Positions 43,338-52,670 of a stretch of DNA of 64,000 bases are shown one piece after another (the stretch's first letter is position 1; each line of letters begins with the position of its first letter). A program made the position numbers and the translations under genes. This DNA is from an uncultured SAR86 cluster bacterium (GTDB lineage Bacteria > Pseudomonadota > Gammaproteobacteria > Magnimaribacterales > D2472), in assembly GCA_964275585.1 (NCBI GenBank), contig CAXYCJ010000006.1, forward strand, positions 83,387 through 147,386. Reading direction: 5' to 3'. A model generated the notes under the pieces. The model did not search any database and was not told where the DNA came from. It saw only the letters and a program-made list of their open reading frames with translations.

Positions 43338-45509
43338 GTGTCAGACAATTATATTGCTAAAGGCTCCTTATCAGTTTCCATTAAGTTAGATGAATTCTTA
43401 ACCTCAGAGGTCTTACCTGGTCTGAATATTACACCAGATCATTTTTGGAATAGTCTTGAGGCAATAGTGCAAGAATTTGGCCCTCGCAATAGAAAGCTTT
43501 TAGAGTTCAGAGAGACACTTCAAAAGAAAATTGATGATTGGCATTTGTCCAATAAAGGTCAAACTCATGAATTTGAATCCTACAAATCTTTTCTTAAGGA
43601 AATCGCCTATTTAACCGAAGATAAAGGCGAATTTACAATCGAAACTCAAAACGTTGACCCTGAAATTGCAACCATTGCTGGGCCTCAGTTAGTCGTTCCA
43701 GTCATGAATGCTAGATTTGCATTGAACGCAGCCAATGCTAGATGGGGAAGCTTATATGATGCTCTTTATGGCACAGATATGATTGCCGAGGATGATGGAG
43801 CAACTCGGTCTGGGACATACAACCCTGTTCGTGGAGATAGAGTCATTGCATTTGCCAAAAATTTTTTAGATAAGCATTTTCCTTTAAGTCAGGGATCTTA
43901 CAATGATGTTTTATCATTCTCCTTGGTTGATAACACTCTTAGCATGGGCACAGTTAATGGAGAATTAATTTCTTTAATAGATGCTGCTCAGTTTCAAGGA
44001 TATCAAGGCTCTGCTGAAAACCCTTCAGGCATTCTGCTTAAAAATAATAATCTGCATGCAGAAATTCAAATTGACCCTAGTCATTCTATTGGTGCAACAG
44101 ATAAAGCAGGGATTAAGGACGTCTTATTAGAGTCTGCGATAACTACTATTCAAGATTGCGAGGATTCAGTTGCTGCTGTAGATGGTGAAGACAAAGTAGA
44201 AGTTTATAGAAACTGGCTTGGCTTAATGAAAGGAGATCTTAAAGAAACATTTGTTAAGGGTGACAGTGAAATGACCAGATCTCTCAATCCTGATCGAGAG
44301 TATCTGTCACCAAATGGATCTCAATTCTCAGTACCAGGAAGAAGTTTAATGCTAGTGAGAAATGTAGGTCATTTAATGACTAACCCAGCCATACTTGATC
44401 AAGACGGCCTAGAAATTCCAGAAGGAATACTTGATTCTATGTTCACAATTTGTATTGCTATGCATGACCTTAATGGAACCGGCCCCATCAAGAATTCTAG
44501 AGCTGGAAGTATTTATATTGTAAAGCCGAAGATGCATGGGCCAGATGAAGTTCAGTTTACTTGTGATTTATTTTCTGCTGTTGAGAAAGCCTTGGGCATG
44601 AAACATTTAACTGCCAAAGTTGGAATTATGGACGAGGAGAGGAGAACAACCGTAAATCTTAAAGAATGTATTCGCGTTGCAAAAGAACGTGTCATTTTTA
44701 TCAATACGGGATTCTTGGATAGAACTGGAGATGAAATTCATACAAGCATGGAGGCTGGTCCTATGATCCCAAAAGCTGAAATGAAGCAACAACCATGGAT
44801 CATTGCATACGAAGATTGGAATGTAGATTGTGGTCTTGAGACAGGCTTTATGGGCAAAGCACAAATCGGTAAAGGCATGTGGCCTATGCCCGATGAAATG
44901 CTCAACATGTATAAAATGAAAACAATGCATCCTGAGTCTGGTGCCAACTGCGCATGGGTTCCTTCTCCGACAGGGGCAACATTACATGCGATGCATTATC
45001 ATCAAATCTTAGTCTCCGATCAGCAGGAAAAACATATCAATAGACTTAAGGCGAGTCTTGACGATATCTTAACTATTCCATTAATGACTGATCCAACTTC
45101 ATTGTCCAGTGAGGCTATCCAGAATGAACTGGATAACAATGCTCAAGGTATATTGGGTTATGTTGTGCGCTGGATTGATCAAGGTGTTGGATGTTCAAAA
45201 GTTCCCGATATTAATAACGTAGGACTTATGGAGGATAGGGCAACGTGCAGAATATCAAGCCAACATATTACTAATTGGTTGCATCATGGCATTTGCTCTC
45301 AAGAGCAAGTGATTGAAACGATGAAGCGAATGGCTGTAATTGTAGATCAGCAGAATTCTGGAGATCCTCAATACCAATCCATGTTCCCATCTTATGACGG
45401 CATCGCTTTTGAAGCAGCATGCAATCTGGCTATTGAAGGGCGCACACAACCAAGCGGATATACTGAGCCCATTTTGCATGAGATGAGACTAAAGTTTAAA
45501 GCACAATGA
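43338..45509 (+). CDS. glcB: Malate synthase G
   Basis: 723 aa, colinear by eye with E. coli GlcB ([73 protein letters not shown]). GTG start. Confidence 0.95.
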   Translation: MSDNYIAKGSLSVSIKLDEFLTSEVLPGLNITPDHFWNSLEAIVQEFGPRNRKLLEFRETLQKKIDDWHLSNKGQTHEFESYKSFLKEIAYLTEDKGEFTIETQNVDPEIATIAGPQLVVPVMNARFALNAANARWGSLYDALYGTDMIAEDDGATRSGTYNPVRGDRVIAFAKNFLDKHFPLSQGSYNDVLSFSLVDNTLSMGTVNGELISLIDAAQFQGYQGSAENPSGILLKNNNLHAEIQIDPSHSIGATDKAGIKDVLLESAITTIQDCEDSVAAVDGEDKVEVYRNWLGLMKGDLKETFVKGDSEMTRSLNPDREYLSPNGSQFSVPGRSLMLVRNVGHLMTNPAILDQDGLEIPEGILDSMFTICIAMHDLNGTGPIKNSRAGSIYIVKPKMHGPDEVQFTCDLFSAVEKALGMKHLTAKVGIMDEERRTTVNLKECIRVAKERVIFINTGFLDRTGDEIHTSMEAGPMIPKAEMKQQPWIIAYEDWNVDCGLETGFMGKAQIGKGMWPMPDEMLNMYKMKTMHPESGANCAWVPSPTGATLHAMHYHQILVSDQQEKHINRLKASLDDILTIPLMTDPTSLSSEAIQNELDNNAQGILGYVVRWIDQGVGCSKVPDINNVGLMEDRATCRISSQHITNWLHHGICSQEQVIETMKRMAVIVDQQNSGDPQYQSMFPSYDGIAFEAACNLAIEGRTQPSGYTEPILHEMRLKFKAQ

Positions 45510-45793
45510 AGGCGTATTGGATCACTCGCTGTCACGTTCACAATGTAAAAGAATACGATGAGTATATTAAATTAGCTGGTCCAGCCATTACAAAATTTGG
45601 TGGAAGTTTTCTTGTTAGAGGTGGAGATCAAATTGAATTAGAGGGCGGTCCATACGAAAGGACCGTGTTAGTTGAATTTGACTCTATGGAAAAAGCAGAA
45701 TTTTGCTATCAGTCTGATGACTATCAAGAAGCGCTAATGTATTCTAAAAATTCATCAAATCGTCATGTTGTTCTAGTTGAGGGAGTCAAATAA
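45506..45793 (+). CDS. DUF1330 family protein
   Basis: 95 aa. [34 protein letters not shown] pattern. Overlaps the glcB stop. Confidence 0.65.
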   Translation: MKAYWITRCHVHNVKEYDEYIKLAGPAITKFGGSFLVRGGDQIELEGGPYERTVLVEFDSMEKAEFCYQSDDYQEALMYSKNSSNRHVVLVEGVK

Positions 45794-47154
45794 TGATCAA
45801 AAAATGCTTCTTATTAAATACTTTGTTTGCTCTAAGTCTTACTGTCTATGCTGAGGCTCTTGATCCTGTAAAGCTATTGTCTGACTATGTTGGTGTAGAC
45901 ACAGTAAATCCTCCTGGCAATGAGTCAAGGGCAGTTGATTTCTACGCTAATCTTTTTGATCAAGAGGGCATTGAATACTTTAGTGCAGAGAGCGCCCCTG
46001 GCAGAGGAAATATTTGGGCTCGAATTAAAGGTGGAGATCTCCCAGCTTTAGTTCTCTTGCAGCACACAGATGTTGTGCCTGCAACTAAAGAGTATTGGAA
46101 TACTGATCCTTTTGTAGCTGAGATTAAAGATGGCTACCTTTATGGAAGAGGAGTGATTGACATGAAGGGTGCGGGCATTTCTCAACTAGTATCTTTTATT
46201 AGAATGCACAGAAGTGGTCTAAGCCTCAACAGAGATTTAGTGTTTGTAGCAACTGCCGACGAAGAAGCGGGTGGTATGTATGGAGCTGGCTGGTTAATTG
46301 ATAACCATCCTGAGGTTTTTGAAGGAGCAGGTTTTGTCATCAATGAAGGTGGCAGCGGTCAAATTATTGATGGAGAAAAAGTCTTTGCGGTAGAAATAAC
46401 TCAAAAGGTTCCTGTCTGGTTGAGATTCACTGCAGTGGATACTCCCGGTCATGGCTCATCACCAAGAACTACCAGCTCTGTTTCTAGAATAGTTCATGCA
46501 TTAAATTTAGTAAGAGAAAATCCTTTTGAGCCGAGAATTATTCCTTCAGTAGATACTTACTTTAAGAGCCTCTCCTTGAAGATGGATGGCAAGCAGGCTA
46601 AAGCTTTTGCGAATATGAAAGAATTCATTACGACCAAGAAATTTCAACAAGAGCTTCAAGAGTCCTCGCCTTCCTATCATGCGCTTACAAGAGATACCTG
46701 CTCGTTAACAATGTTAGAAGGCTCGAAGAAAATTAACGTTGTGCCACCAGTTGCAGCTGCAGAGATTGATTGCAGGATGCTTCCGGATAGAACCTCTGAG
46801 GAATTCATCCAGGACATTAAAGATTTAGTGGAGCCAGCAGGAGTAGATGTTGAGGTGATTCTAGCATTTAGTCCAGCAGTATCCTCTGTTGATTCAGAGT
46901 TCTTTAAACATATTACGAATGTTACTCAGAAACTTCATCCTGGGTCACGCATCGTGCCTGCGGTCAGTACTGGGTTCACTGATAGTCATTTTACTAGAGA
47001 CTTAGGCATAGATAGCTATGGTTTTAATCCTGTCTTGTTTGATGCCAAGGATTGGAGAGGTGTTCATGGTAATAATGAGAGAGTGAGTATTGCTGGTTAC
47101 CTTCAAGGTACCGAAGATTTGCATCAGATAGTTAGTGAATTTGTTACAGACTAA
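45793..47154 (+). CDS. Secreted M20/M25/M40-family metallopeptidase
   Basis: Signal peptide. HTDVVP, GRGVIDMKG, ADEEAGG and NEGG blocks. Confidence 0.8.
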   Translation: MIKKCFLLNTLFALSLTVYAEALDPVKLLSDYVGVDTVNPPGNESRAVDFYANLFDQEGIEYFSAESAPGRGNIWARIKGGDLPALVLLQHTDVVPATKEYWNTDPFVAEIKDGYLYGRGVIDMKGAGISQLVSFIRMHRSGLSLNRDLVFVATADEEAGGMYGAGWLIDNHPEVFEGAGFVINEGGSGQIIDGEKVFAVEITQKVPVWLRFTAVDTPGHGSSPRTTSSVSRIVHALNLVRENPFEPRIIPSVDTYFKSLSLKMDGKQAKAFANMKEFITTKKFQQELQESSPSYHALTRDTCSLTMLEGSKKINVVPPVAAAEIDCRMLPDRTSEEFIQDIKDLVEPAGVDVEVILAFSPAVSSVDSEFFKHITNVTQKLHPGSRIVPAVSTGFTDSHFTRDLGIDSYGFNPVLFDAKDWRGVHGNNERVSIAGYLQGTEDLHQIVSEFVTD

Positions 47155-47161
47155 TTTTTTA

Positions 47162-49177
47162 ATGAGCAGATTTAAGGGGTACCTATTTTTCTTAGTAACG
47201 GTATTTGTTTTTGCCTTAAATGCTCAGGATTCTTCAGACGCGAGTGATTTCTTTGATAGACCTCCACAAACCTATAATACTCCAGACAAGCTGTTAGGTT
47301 GGATTGACTCTAGGAATCTAACCTCTCTAAACGGTGAGTGGAGTTATATTGTTGATCCAATGAATAATGGATTGCCTGAGTCATCCTTTTTTGGAGGATT
47401 TCCAAAAAATAAAACTCAAAAAACTGGGATGGAGCTTATTGAGTATAACTTTGAAACTGCAGCAAAAATTTCAATTCCTGGTGCCTGGAATGCAGCAGAC
47501 CAACAGTTACTTTTTTATCGAGGCCCTGTCTGGCTGTTTAAAAAATTTGACCATTCAAAGCAGGATAAACAGTTAACTCACATATATTTTGAGGGAAGCA
47601 ATTTTACAACCAAGATTTTTTTAAATGGACAATCAGTCGGAGAATTTAAAGGTGGATATGTCCCATTTAACTTTGACATAACAGATTATGTGAAAGAGGG
47701 AGAGAACATCTTGTTGGTTCTAACAGATAATACTCTCAATAAATCCACTGTTCCTACAAATAAAACTGATTGGTGGCCATGGGGAGGACTTATAGGAGAT
47801 GTTTACTTAATTGAAACACCTGAGACATTCATCCTTAATGCTTTCGTGCAACTAGACTCAGAAACTTTTGATCAGGCGCTATTAAAAGTACAACTTTCTA
47901 AGCCATTGCAAAATTCAACTGTGACTATCACTATCCCCGAATTGAAATTTCAACAATCGTTTTTAACAGATTCTTCAGGATCCATAGCGGAAGAAATATC
48001 ATTTAACCCAATCCTATGGTCTCCTGATAACCCCAAGCTTTATAAAGTAAATATCTCAAATTCAAGCGACTTTATCACCGATCAAATAGGTTTCAGGTCT
48101 ATTCATATTAACGGCCAACAAATATTTCTTAATGGCAAGCAAATTAAGTTTAAGGGTATTTCTATGCATGCTGAGCCAATTGCTGAGACTGGACCGGCAT
48201 TTTCTAAGAATCATTTTAAGAAATTATTAAAAACAGCTAAAGATTTAAATACAAATTTTGTCAGAGCTGCTCATTATCCATATTCACGCCATTTAGCGAA
48301 GACAGCTGATGAAATAGGCTTAATGCTCTGGGAAGAGGTACCAGTTTATTGGAATATTGATTGGACAAATCCCGAAACATTTACCATAGCAAAAAATCAA
48401 ATATCACGTCTTGTTCAAAGGGACTGGAATAGAAGCTCAGTTGTTGTTTGGTCTGTTGCTAATGAAACACCTTTTTCTACTGATCGAATGGACTTTTTAA
48501 ATAATTTGATTGCTGAAATTAAACTCAATGATGAGACTCGATTAACAACTGCAGCTTTATTATCAGGCAGTGAGGAGCAATTTAAGTTACTTGTATTAGC
48601 GCTCGCATTACAAGGAACAAAATCAGAATGGGTCAATGCAGAGGAAAAAATAATTTTTAAATCAATTCTTAAGCAAGTAAATTTTCCCGAGGATTCAACA
48701 TTAGACTTTTCCATCTCTATTGACGATCCTTTGGGTGAGTCACTTGATCTCATTTCTTATAACGAATATTTTGGCTGGTACTACGTCACTTTTTTTGTTG
48801 ATCAGATGCAAGTAGAGGAGGGCACACTAAGAAGGTTGATGTTTGAAATTTTAGAGGACATCAAAATTACCTCTGTGTACAATAAACCAATTCATATTTC
48901 AGAATTTGGAGCTGGAGCGAAATATGGAACAACAGGTCATAAGATTTGGTCAGAAGCATACCAAGCAAATGTCTATCGACATCAATTAAAAATGATTTCT
49001 AATAATCCACAAATTCAAGGAATTACCCCATGGATACTCAAAGATTTTAGGGCAATGTTAAGGCCTCTTCCTGGAATCCAAGATTTTTATAACCGAAAAG
49101 GTTTAATTGATGAGAATGGAAACAAGAAGGAAGCTTTTATGGTCCTTCAAGATTTTTATGACACTCAATGGAAATAG
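47162..49177 (+). CDS. Glycoside hydrolase family 2 (beta-glucuronidase/beta-galactosidase-like), secreted
   Basis: The ATG at 47162 gives a signal peptide. Acid/base block VVVWSVANETP and nucleophile block HISEFGAG, compared with GUS WSIANEP and ITEYG. Confidence 0.8.
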   Translation: MSRFKGYLFFLVTVFVFALNAQDSSDASDFFDRPPQTYNTPDKLLGWIDSRNLTSLNGEWSYIVDPMNNGLPESSFFGGFPKNKTQKTGMELIEYNFETAAKISIPGAWNAADQQLLFYRGPVWLFKKFDHSKQDKQLTHIYFEGSNFTTKIFLNGQSVGEFKGGYVPFNFDITDYVKEGENILLVLTDNTLNKSTVPTNKTDWWPWGGLIGDVYLIETPETFILNAFVQLDSETFDQALLKVQLSKPLQNSTVTITIPELKFQQSFLTDSSGSIAEEISFNPILWSPDNPKLYKVNISNSSDFITDQIGFRSIHINGQQIFLNGKQIKFKGISMHAEPIAETGPAFSKNHFKKLLKTAKDLNTNFVRAAHYPYSRHLAKTADEIGLMLWEEVPVYWNIDWTNPETFTIAKNQISRLVQRDWNRSSVVVWSVANETPFSTDRMDFLNNLIAEIKLNDETRLTTAALLSGSEEQFKLLVLALALQGTKSEWVNAEEKIIFKSILKQVNFPEDSTLDFSISIDDPLGESLDLISYNEYFGWYYVTFFVDQMQVEEGTLRRLMFEILEDIKITSVYNKPIHISEFGAGAKYGTTGHKIWSEAYQANVYRHQLKMISNNPQIQGITPWILKDFRAMLRPLPGIQDFYNRKGLIDENGNKKEAFMVLQDFYDTQWK

Positions 49178-49267
49178 ATTAATGCCTTTGAAATATAACT
49201 AAAACCCTTAGAAATTCGCAATCAACTTATATGTAAGAAAAAACTTCAACTTTTTTACAAAAAGGTG

Positions 49268-49295
49268 TTGACACTTTTAATCAGAAGCGTATATT
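49268..49295 (+). promoter_or_regulatory. Sigma70-type promoter of module copy 1
   Basis: -35 TTGACA (49268-49273), 16-nt spacer, -10 TATATT (49290-49295). A/T tracts upstream resemble an UP element. Confidence 0.65.
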
Positions 49296-49300
49296 AAATA

Positions 49301-49519
49301 GACCAACTCGGACCGACTTACAAACAACTGCAGACGGGAGTAAGAGAGAAAGAGAAGGTAGAGACGAAGGGCGAAAGCGATACTAAGAGTCGACGATAAA
49401 AAAGAGCTTAGTACCCCACCAAGAAGGCAAGAGAAAACCTTCAAGGAGCTAAAGAAAATCTCACTTTAGACCCCTTCTAACCTCGAACTGAAGAAACAGA
49501 GCTTGCTCTGTTTTTTTTT
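49301..49519 (+). ncRNA. Predicted ~220-nt purine-rich RNA (unknown family), copy 1
   Basis: Bounded by the promoter above and the terminator ACAGAG-CTTG-CTCTGT + T9 (49496-49519). No ATG anywhere in the segment and no ORF of 60 aa or more on either strand. Confidence 0.55.
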
Positions 49520-49547
49520 GCCTCAAATTACTTATATTTTATTGCTT

Positions 49548-50390
49548 ATGGATGATGATATAAAAGCTTTAATTGTAGAGGGTGGTGGCAGTCGAGGGGT
49601 CTTCTCATTTGGGGTAATAGACTCATTCATTCAAGCCTCATATAATCCTTTCAATCTTCATATCGGTGTCTCTAATGGCGGAGTAGTGCAGCTCTGGTAT
49701 TTACTTAAAACCAGTGATTACAACCTTGATAAGATGTTATTTTCCGCATCAAAAAAATACATTAGTTATAAAAATATTTTTTCTAACAAAAGTATCATGG
49801 ACTTTGAGAGGCTCTACCAGGATGCCAATAAAGTCTTCCCTATAGATTTTGATCGCTTGAAAGCAAATCTAGAGAATAAAAATTTTTACGTCGTTGTAAC
49901 CGATGCTGTTTCTGGCAAGCCAGAATATATTGAGCTCACAAGACAGAACTATGTAAATGAAATGCTAGCAACTGGATCTTTACCTGTGTTGATGAAGAAT
50001 CCTATTTTGTTAAATGGTAAGCGCAAATACGATGGAGGAATTGCTGATCCACTGCCGGTTCAAAAAGCTTATGAGATGGGCGCAAAAGATATTGTAATTA
50101 TCAGAACGTATGAAGAGTCTTTTATTAGAAAAACTAAATTAGAAAATCACATTGCTGCATTCCTGACTAAGTCATACCCCAATATTTCTGAGGCACTAAA
50201 AGTTAACTCTACTACTTATAATTCTTCATTAGAGTTTATAAATAACCCGCCTGCTGATTGCAGGATTAGACAAATTTGTCCACCTCAGAGATTAACTGCC
50301 AAACGGACTACAACTGATCTAAAAATTATGAAGGCGGACTATGCTATTGGTTTAGAATGCGGGACAAAATTTCTTCAGGAAGAGATATAG
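49548..50390 (+). CDS. Patatin-like phospholipase
   Basis: The ATG at 49548 gives MDDDIKALIVEGGGSRG (GGGxRG). GVSNGG nucleophile and DGG Asp motif. The ORF-track start at 49503 lies inside the upstream terminator. Confidence 0.8.
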   Translation: MDDDIKALIVEGGGSRGVFSFGVIDSFIQASYNPFNLHIGVSNGGVVQLWYLLKTSDYNLDKMLFSASKKYISYKNIFSNKSIMDFERLYQDANKVFPIDFDRLKANLENKNFYVVVTDAVSGKPEYIELTRQNYVNEMLATGSLPVLMKNPILLNGKRKYDGGIADPLPVQKAYEMGAKDIVIIRTYEESFIRKTKLENHIAAFLTKSYPNISEALKVNSTTYNSSLEFINNPPADCRIRQICPPQRLTAKRTTTDLKIMKADYAIGLECGTKFLQEEI

Positions 50391-50391
50391 A

Positions 50392-51291
50392 TTATTTTTC
50401 TTTTGCGAGCCAAGCTGTCATTCTTCCACCTAAAGGCGCCTTTAGTTGATCAGCACAGTAATCAACTATCTCAGATAGTTTTTGGAGATCCACACCAGTT
50501 TTATAGCCCATTTGATCAAGCATATTAGCTAGATCTTCTGTAGCAAGATTTCCTGCCGCGCCAGGAGCAAATGGGCAGCCGCCTAACCCCCCAATACAGC
50601 TATCAAATTTTCTAATTCCCTCAGCAAGTGCTGCGCACACATTAGCCAGTGCCATTGCTCGAGTGTCATGGAAATGACCTGATAAAATATTATGCTCAAA
50701 CTCATGAACGCATTTTTTAAATAATGAACCAACACTTGCTGGGTTAGCAGCACCAATAGTGTCAGCGAGTATAATTTCATCCGCTCCTGCACTTAGTAAC
50801 TTATTTGCTATATCAAGAACGGTTGCATTCTGTACCTTGCCTTCAAAAGGGCATTCCCAAGCAACTGAAACGTATGCTCGCGTTTTTAGATTTGAGTTTT
50901 TAGCATTTTTGAGGATATCGCAAGAGCTTTGAATAGTTTCGTTTAAGCTCATATTAATATTTTTTTGATTCATGGTTTCAGTTGCAGATGGCACAACTGT
51001 AATAATTTTTGCACCTGCTTCTTGCGCCATTTCAAAACCTTTCATATTTGGAACTAAGACAGAAATTTCACAACCTTTAGTCTCACCTAAGCCGTTAATA
51101 ATTTCTCCTGCTCCACTCATAGCTGGAACAGCTCTAGGATTAACAAAACTAGCAACTTCTATACCTGGAAGTTTAGCGTCAATAAGATGATTAATAAGCT
51201 CTAAGCGAGCCGCTGGATCTAAGATTGTTTTTTGGTTCTGGAGGCCATCTCTAGGTCCAACTTCGTTGATGTATACAAATTCTGAATTCAT
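50392..51291 (-). CDS. HMG-CoA-lyase-like (HMGL family) acyl-CoA lyase
   Basis: EVGPRDGLQN and GLGGCPFAPGAAGN signatures. Confidence 0.85.
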   Translation of the reverse strand: MNSEFVYINEVGPRDGLQNQKTILDPAARLELINHLIDAKLPGIEVASFVNPRAVPAMSGAGEIINGLGETKGCEISVLVPNMKGFEMAQEAGAKIITVVPSATETMNQKNINMSLNETIQSSCDILKNAKNSNLKTRAYVSVAWECPFEGKVQNATVLDIANKLLSAGADEIILADTIGAANPASVGSLFKKCVHEFEHNILSGHFHDTRAMALANVCAALAEGIRKFDSCIGGLGGCPFAPGAAGNLATEDLANMLDQMGYKTGVDLQKLSEIVDYCADQLKAPLGGRMTAWLAKEK

Positions 51292-52508
51292 TTAAGCATC
51301 TCAATTATTTTCTGAGCATCTAAGGACTCCAAATCTTCATCCGAATATCCTAACCACTCCATTAAAACCTCTCTAGTGTGCTCTCCCAAAAGAGGTGGTG
51401 CAAGAAACTCTTCATCTGTTACCTCTGATAGCTTAATCGGATTGCCTGGAATTTTTACTGAACCACCATTTCGATGAGGAACATCAACAAGCATATTTCT
51501 GTGCTTTACTTGCTCATCATTTATAGCTTGCTCAACATTATTTACTCTTGCGCATGGAACAGATTCTTTTTCTAGTAACTTTAGCCAATGCGAAGATTTT
51601 TCTTTTATTAATTCATCCTGAATAATTTTTTCAAGCTTGTCTTTATCTTTTTGCCTTTCATATGCCGTTACATATTTCGGGTCTTGCAATTCTCTGTTAT
51701 TGAACAATTTCAATAACCTTGGCCAGAATTGATCACCCACTGCTGCAATCACTATGGGATAATCTTTAGTAAGAAATGAGTTGTAAGGCATATGTACAAA
51801 ATGAGAATTACCAATAGGCTCTGGAACTATTCCTGACATGGTTTGCATGGTCGCCATGTAATTTAGCATGGAGATCTGACAATCAAGCATTGAAATATCT
51901 ACATGCTGACCCATTCCTGTATTAGCTCTATCAATAATGGCTGCCTGGATACCCATAACCGCAAACATGCCACCACTTAAATCTCCTATAGGTATTCCGG
52001 CTCGCATTGGCTCAGATGAGGAGAGACCAGTAATGGACATACCGCCCCCAAGCGCTTGAGCAATTTGATCAAATGCTGGGCGTTTAAAATTAGGCCCTGA
52101 CTCACCAAAACCGCTGACTGAGCAAGTAATTATCTTAGAATTAATAATTTTCAAACTCTCAAAATCAATTTTTAGTTTCTTGGTAACCCCAGCTGAGAAA
52201 TTACTTATTACTACATCTGCTTGCTCAACAAGCTCATAGAAAATTTTTAAACCTTCGGGTTTTTTTAAATCTAACGAGAGACTTTTCTTATTCCTGTTGA
52301 GCGTATAAAAATAAGCACCCATTCCATTAAAAGAATAATCTGGATCATTCTCTAATAGACGCCTCGTGCCTTCACCTTTTACTGGAGGCTCAATTTTTAT
52401 AACCTCACATCCTAGATCTGCAAGAATCATTCCACCATATGGTCCAGATAACATATGGGTTAAATCAAGCATTTTAATATTTTTTAGTGGCTTTCTAGAG
52501 GCTGTCAT
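51288..52508 (-). CDS. Family III CoA-transferase (CaiB/BaiF type)
   Basis: 406 aa. N-terminal LKNIKMLDLTHMLSGPYGGMILADLGCEVIKIEPP is typical of the family. Overlaps the lyase start by 4 nt. Confidence 0.85.
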   Translation of the reverse strand: MTASRKPLKNIKMLDLTHMLSGPYGGMILADLGCEVIKIEPPVKGEGTRRLLENDPDYSFNGMGAYFYTLNRNKKSLSLDLKKPEGLKIFYELVEQADVVISNFSAGVTKKLKIDFESLKIINSKIITCSVSGFGESGPNFKRPAFDQIAQALGGGMSITGLSSSEPMRAGIPIGDLSGGMFAVMGIQAAIIDRANTGMGQHVDISMLDCQISMLNYMATMQTMSGIVPEPIGNSHFVHMPYNSFLTKDYPIVIAAVGDQFWPRLLKLFNNRELQDPKYVTAYERQKDKDKLEKIIQDELIKEKSSHWLKLLEKESVPCARVNNVEQAINDEQVKHRNMLVDVPHRNGGSVKIPGNPIKLSEVTDEEFLAPPLLGEHTREVLMEWLGYSDEDLESLDAQKIIEMLK

Positions 52509-52670
52509 TTGTCTATTATATACAGATAGAAGTTAAGAGAAATATGTATCAAAATAGGACATATATCGATTATATAAATTTACTATTTTATGCTTTTAAA
52601 TAAGCATTGTTTAAATGATTGTTATGGTGTATAAAATTAGGACTACCATTGTTTTACTAGGGGGTAAAAT

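Larger units (their letters stand above)
49236..49530 (+). repeat. Copy 1 of a ~295-bp duplicated noncoding module (promoter + RNA + terminator)
   Basis: Hand alignment to 59658-59953 gives about 10 substitutions and 1-2 single-nt indels (~96% identity). Confidence 0.95.

Noticed and set aside
49301-49519. Idea that the duplicated RNA is a CsrB/RsmZ-type CsrA-sequestering sRNA.
   Set aside because: There are only 3 GGA motifs in copy 1 and 4 in copy 2, and just one (CAAGGAGC) resembles a high-affinity CsrA site. Known Csr/Rsm decoys carry many more GGA motifs displayed in hairpin loops. I keep it as an unknown RNA rather than assigning this family.
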